Source: Selaginella moellendorffii
Lineage: Eukaryota; Plantae; Lycopodiophyta
Direction of reading: 5' to 3'
NCBI RefSeq assembly: GCF_000143415.4
Contig: NW_003314300.1
Coordinates: forward strand, 956,181 to 1,020,180
DNA length: 64,000 nucleotides
The notes under the pieces are model-generated. The model did not search any database. It saw nothing but the letters and a program-made list of their open reading frames with translations, and was not told the origin of the DNA. How positions within the stretch are numbered: the first letter of the stretch is position 1; each line of letters begins with the position of its first letter. Shown in pieces: positions 61,616 to 64,000 of this stretch. The translations under genes and the position numbers were made by a program.

Positions 61616-64000
61616 CGGTGGGGAGCTCGATGGAGACAATCATTATTTTATTCTTTCCCGATTCGTTGTAAAAAAAATGGATTGATTCTCAATAATTCTG
61701 GTCGAAAAGAATATTTTGTGCAGCTGCAAAGAACAGTCTTTAGATAAACAGGTGTTAGACTATTGTGCACACAGAAATATATTGGGATGAGGCATGGGAT
61801 GAAGAACGAGCTGCTGGAAGTGGTGAAAGAAAACAAGATGACACAAGATTGGAGGGTATGAAAGCAACTATGAAACCATTAAGGACAATGTGAAGGAGCT
61901 CAAGGAAGCAATCAAGAGGATCTAGAATGTAGAAGTGTTAATCATGATCCAGCTCACACCAATTCAAGTAGAGGTACAAATAGAGATGAACCGAACGAGC
62001 AAAAGAGCGATTATAAGGAGAAAATCTATATTCTAATAAGCATAAAACTCAGTTGCATATCTAAATTTAAAGGTTTGTTACTATACAAAGTTCATATTAA
62101 ACATAAATTTAAGAATGGTTCAAACATTTTCTAAGAAAAACACAAGAATTTTAACAAAATAAAAATAAAAACATTTCCATAGCAAATCCATGTTAATCAG
62201 TATGAATATTTCTAATAGTCAAATTTAGTTAATATCAACAAAGGTTTGAAACTTTTTGAGCAATAATAGTAAACATATAAATTTAGAGAAACAGCAAGTT
62301 CATTAGTAAGTAGTAAAAAATTTAACTTAAACCATTATTTTATTTTTAAAAAAAAACACCAAAAAACATATATAAAATTTATTTAATATTAAAAATAATA
62401 AATATTTTAGAAATAGTCATAACATTTTTTAATATATTTTACTATGTACGTAGACAAACTAGCATAAACCTTTAGAAAATATTTATTTAATGATTTCAAA
62501 ATAACTGAAACAAAGTTTTGGAATTTTATATTTTTTAATAGATATTAGTTTTAGTTTAGCTCTAAGATCCAACTTTAGAAAAATAGAAATTTTGAACTCT
62601 CATGCTTAGTCATTCCTTTATTAAAATAATTTATGCAACGCATAAAAGCCATGGCCATTTTTCTTTGCTCTTCCAAAATTGCATTAACCGTTTTCCAAAT
62701 CTTCTCACTCAATCCTATAATGCTGAATTAAATCATTGCTTCATTGATCTTTAGAAGCTTCTTAGTAGCCTTTACGTGCTCTATAACTAAATCATGAAGT
62801 TCTAACCCCTTTAATTCCTTAAGGAGTTTGTTGCGAACGTCTTACATTAGCAAAGTGACTCTAAAATGTTCTCCTATTCATTCTTAGAGAATTTAGCTCA
62901 TGTTAACTGACTTGTAAATTCTTCTCTAATGTCTTTATAGAAAATTGGCTAATATAAACCCCTTGCTGTTGGTGCTACCGTAGCCAATGGCAATCTAGTT
63001 CTCCCTCTCCTTCCTAAATGTAAATGACAAATTCAAAGGATAGCACATGGCAACTTAAATATTGAATACATAGTTCCTAAAAAGGATCTCATACTTTTCT
63101 TCCACTGTATCGAAATTTACATACATTTGCTTGAATTCAGACATTTTAAACATGCCAAGCTTTTTCGTGAATTCCAAATCATTTACGCCTTCGAATGGCT
63201 TCATTACGCACTGTAAACATAATAACAAATAAATAAATTTATAATTAACATTAAATATAATACCAATTAAAAATATTATTTTAATTTAAAAATAGAAATA
63301 TTTTTAAAATTTCTATAAATTAAAAAAATTATAAATTTTAATGTATGGAATGGAAAATATTTATATGCTTAAGCTTTTTCAATACATACCAAATGAGTTA
63401 CATATACATTATTATAAAGTTAAATATGCCCTTACTTGTTCATGAATATCAATAATTTTTTTATAATTTTTTATAAAACTTTTATGTGATAATGGTGTTA
63501 ATGCACAAACCAACTTTTTATATAATTAACGTATCATTTTGTTAAAAGCTAATATGTAACTAATTAAACAATATGTATATATTAATAAGATTTATAATTT
63601 ATAACAACCTAAAACGTGGTTAACATCTAATTACGATAATAAAAAGATAATAAATGTGGAAAACTTTATTTGTTTCTTTAGTATCATCAATTAGAATTAT
63701 TACAAAAGAATGATATCTGTAATTTAGAAAATATATTATTAAATTTTGAAAACTTAAAGTTATAGAACTTAACACCAAATACTTGCACTTTTACATAAAG
63801 TAAAGTTTTGTAAAATCACTCAAAATAAAGTTTCTTTAGTTTATAATTTTAAAAATAAGTTGAAACCTTATTAATAAAAGTTCATGTCCCAAGTAAAATA
63901 AATAATGAATTTTTTTTAATTTAAAATAATTAATTTTTATGATTTTTTTTTAAAATTATATAATTATTTCTATAAAGTCTAGAAAAATATATAGATAATT

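Overview
Eukaryotic nuclear DNA from a compact, gene-dense land-plant genome. Introns of about 50-60 bp, intergenic gaps of 50-300 bp and a TRIM37-like gene point to a lycophyte such as Selaginella (inference). The left ~31 kb is a rearranged accessory block. It contains three copies of a PD-(D/E)xK-like putative nuclease gene of fungal/viral flavour: one intact, one pseudogene, and one kept open by compensating frameshifts. It also holds a full-length degenerate Ty3/gypsy LTR element (tRNA-Ala-like PBS, 4-bp TSD, -1 frameshift heptamer plus pseudoknot) and a truncated sister copy. A ~7-kb segmental duplication carries the nuclease, an unidentified unit X, a PERK kinase and an ICT1/ArfB-like peptidyl-tRNA hydrolase; the duplicate PERK has a new minisatellite-encoded ectodomain. 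The right ~31 kb is mostly housekeeping: DEK-C/SWIB, an intronless atypical CDKC-like kinase head-to-head with a TRIM37-like RING/B-box/MATH ligase, a small unannotated TM protein, ACR, carA, a BES1/BZR-domain factor, HCT, HUA2-like, TMEM33, tRNA-Leu(CAG), BSD, VQ and ArfGAP. There are four 100-N assembly gaps. All family assignments come from motif recognition; no searches were run.
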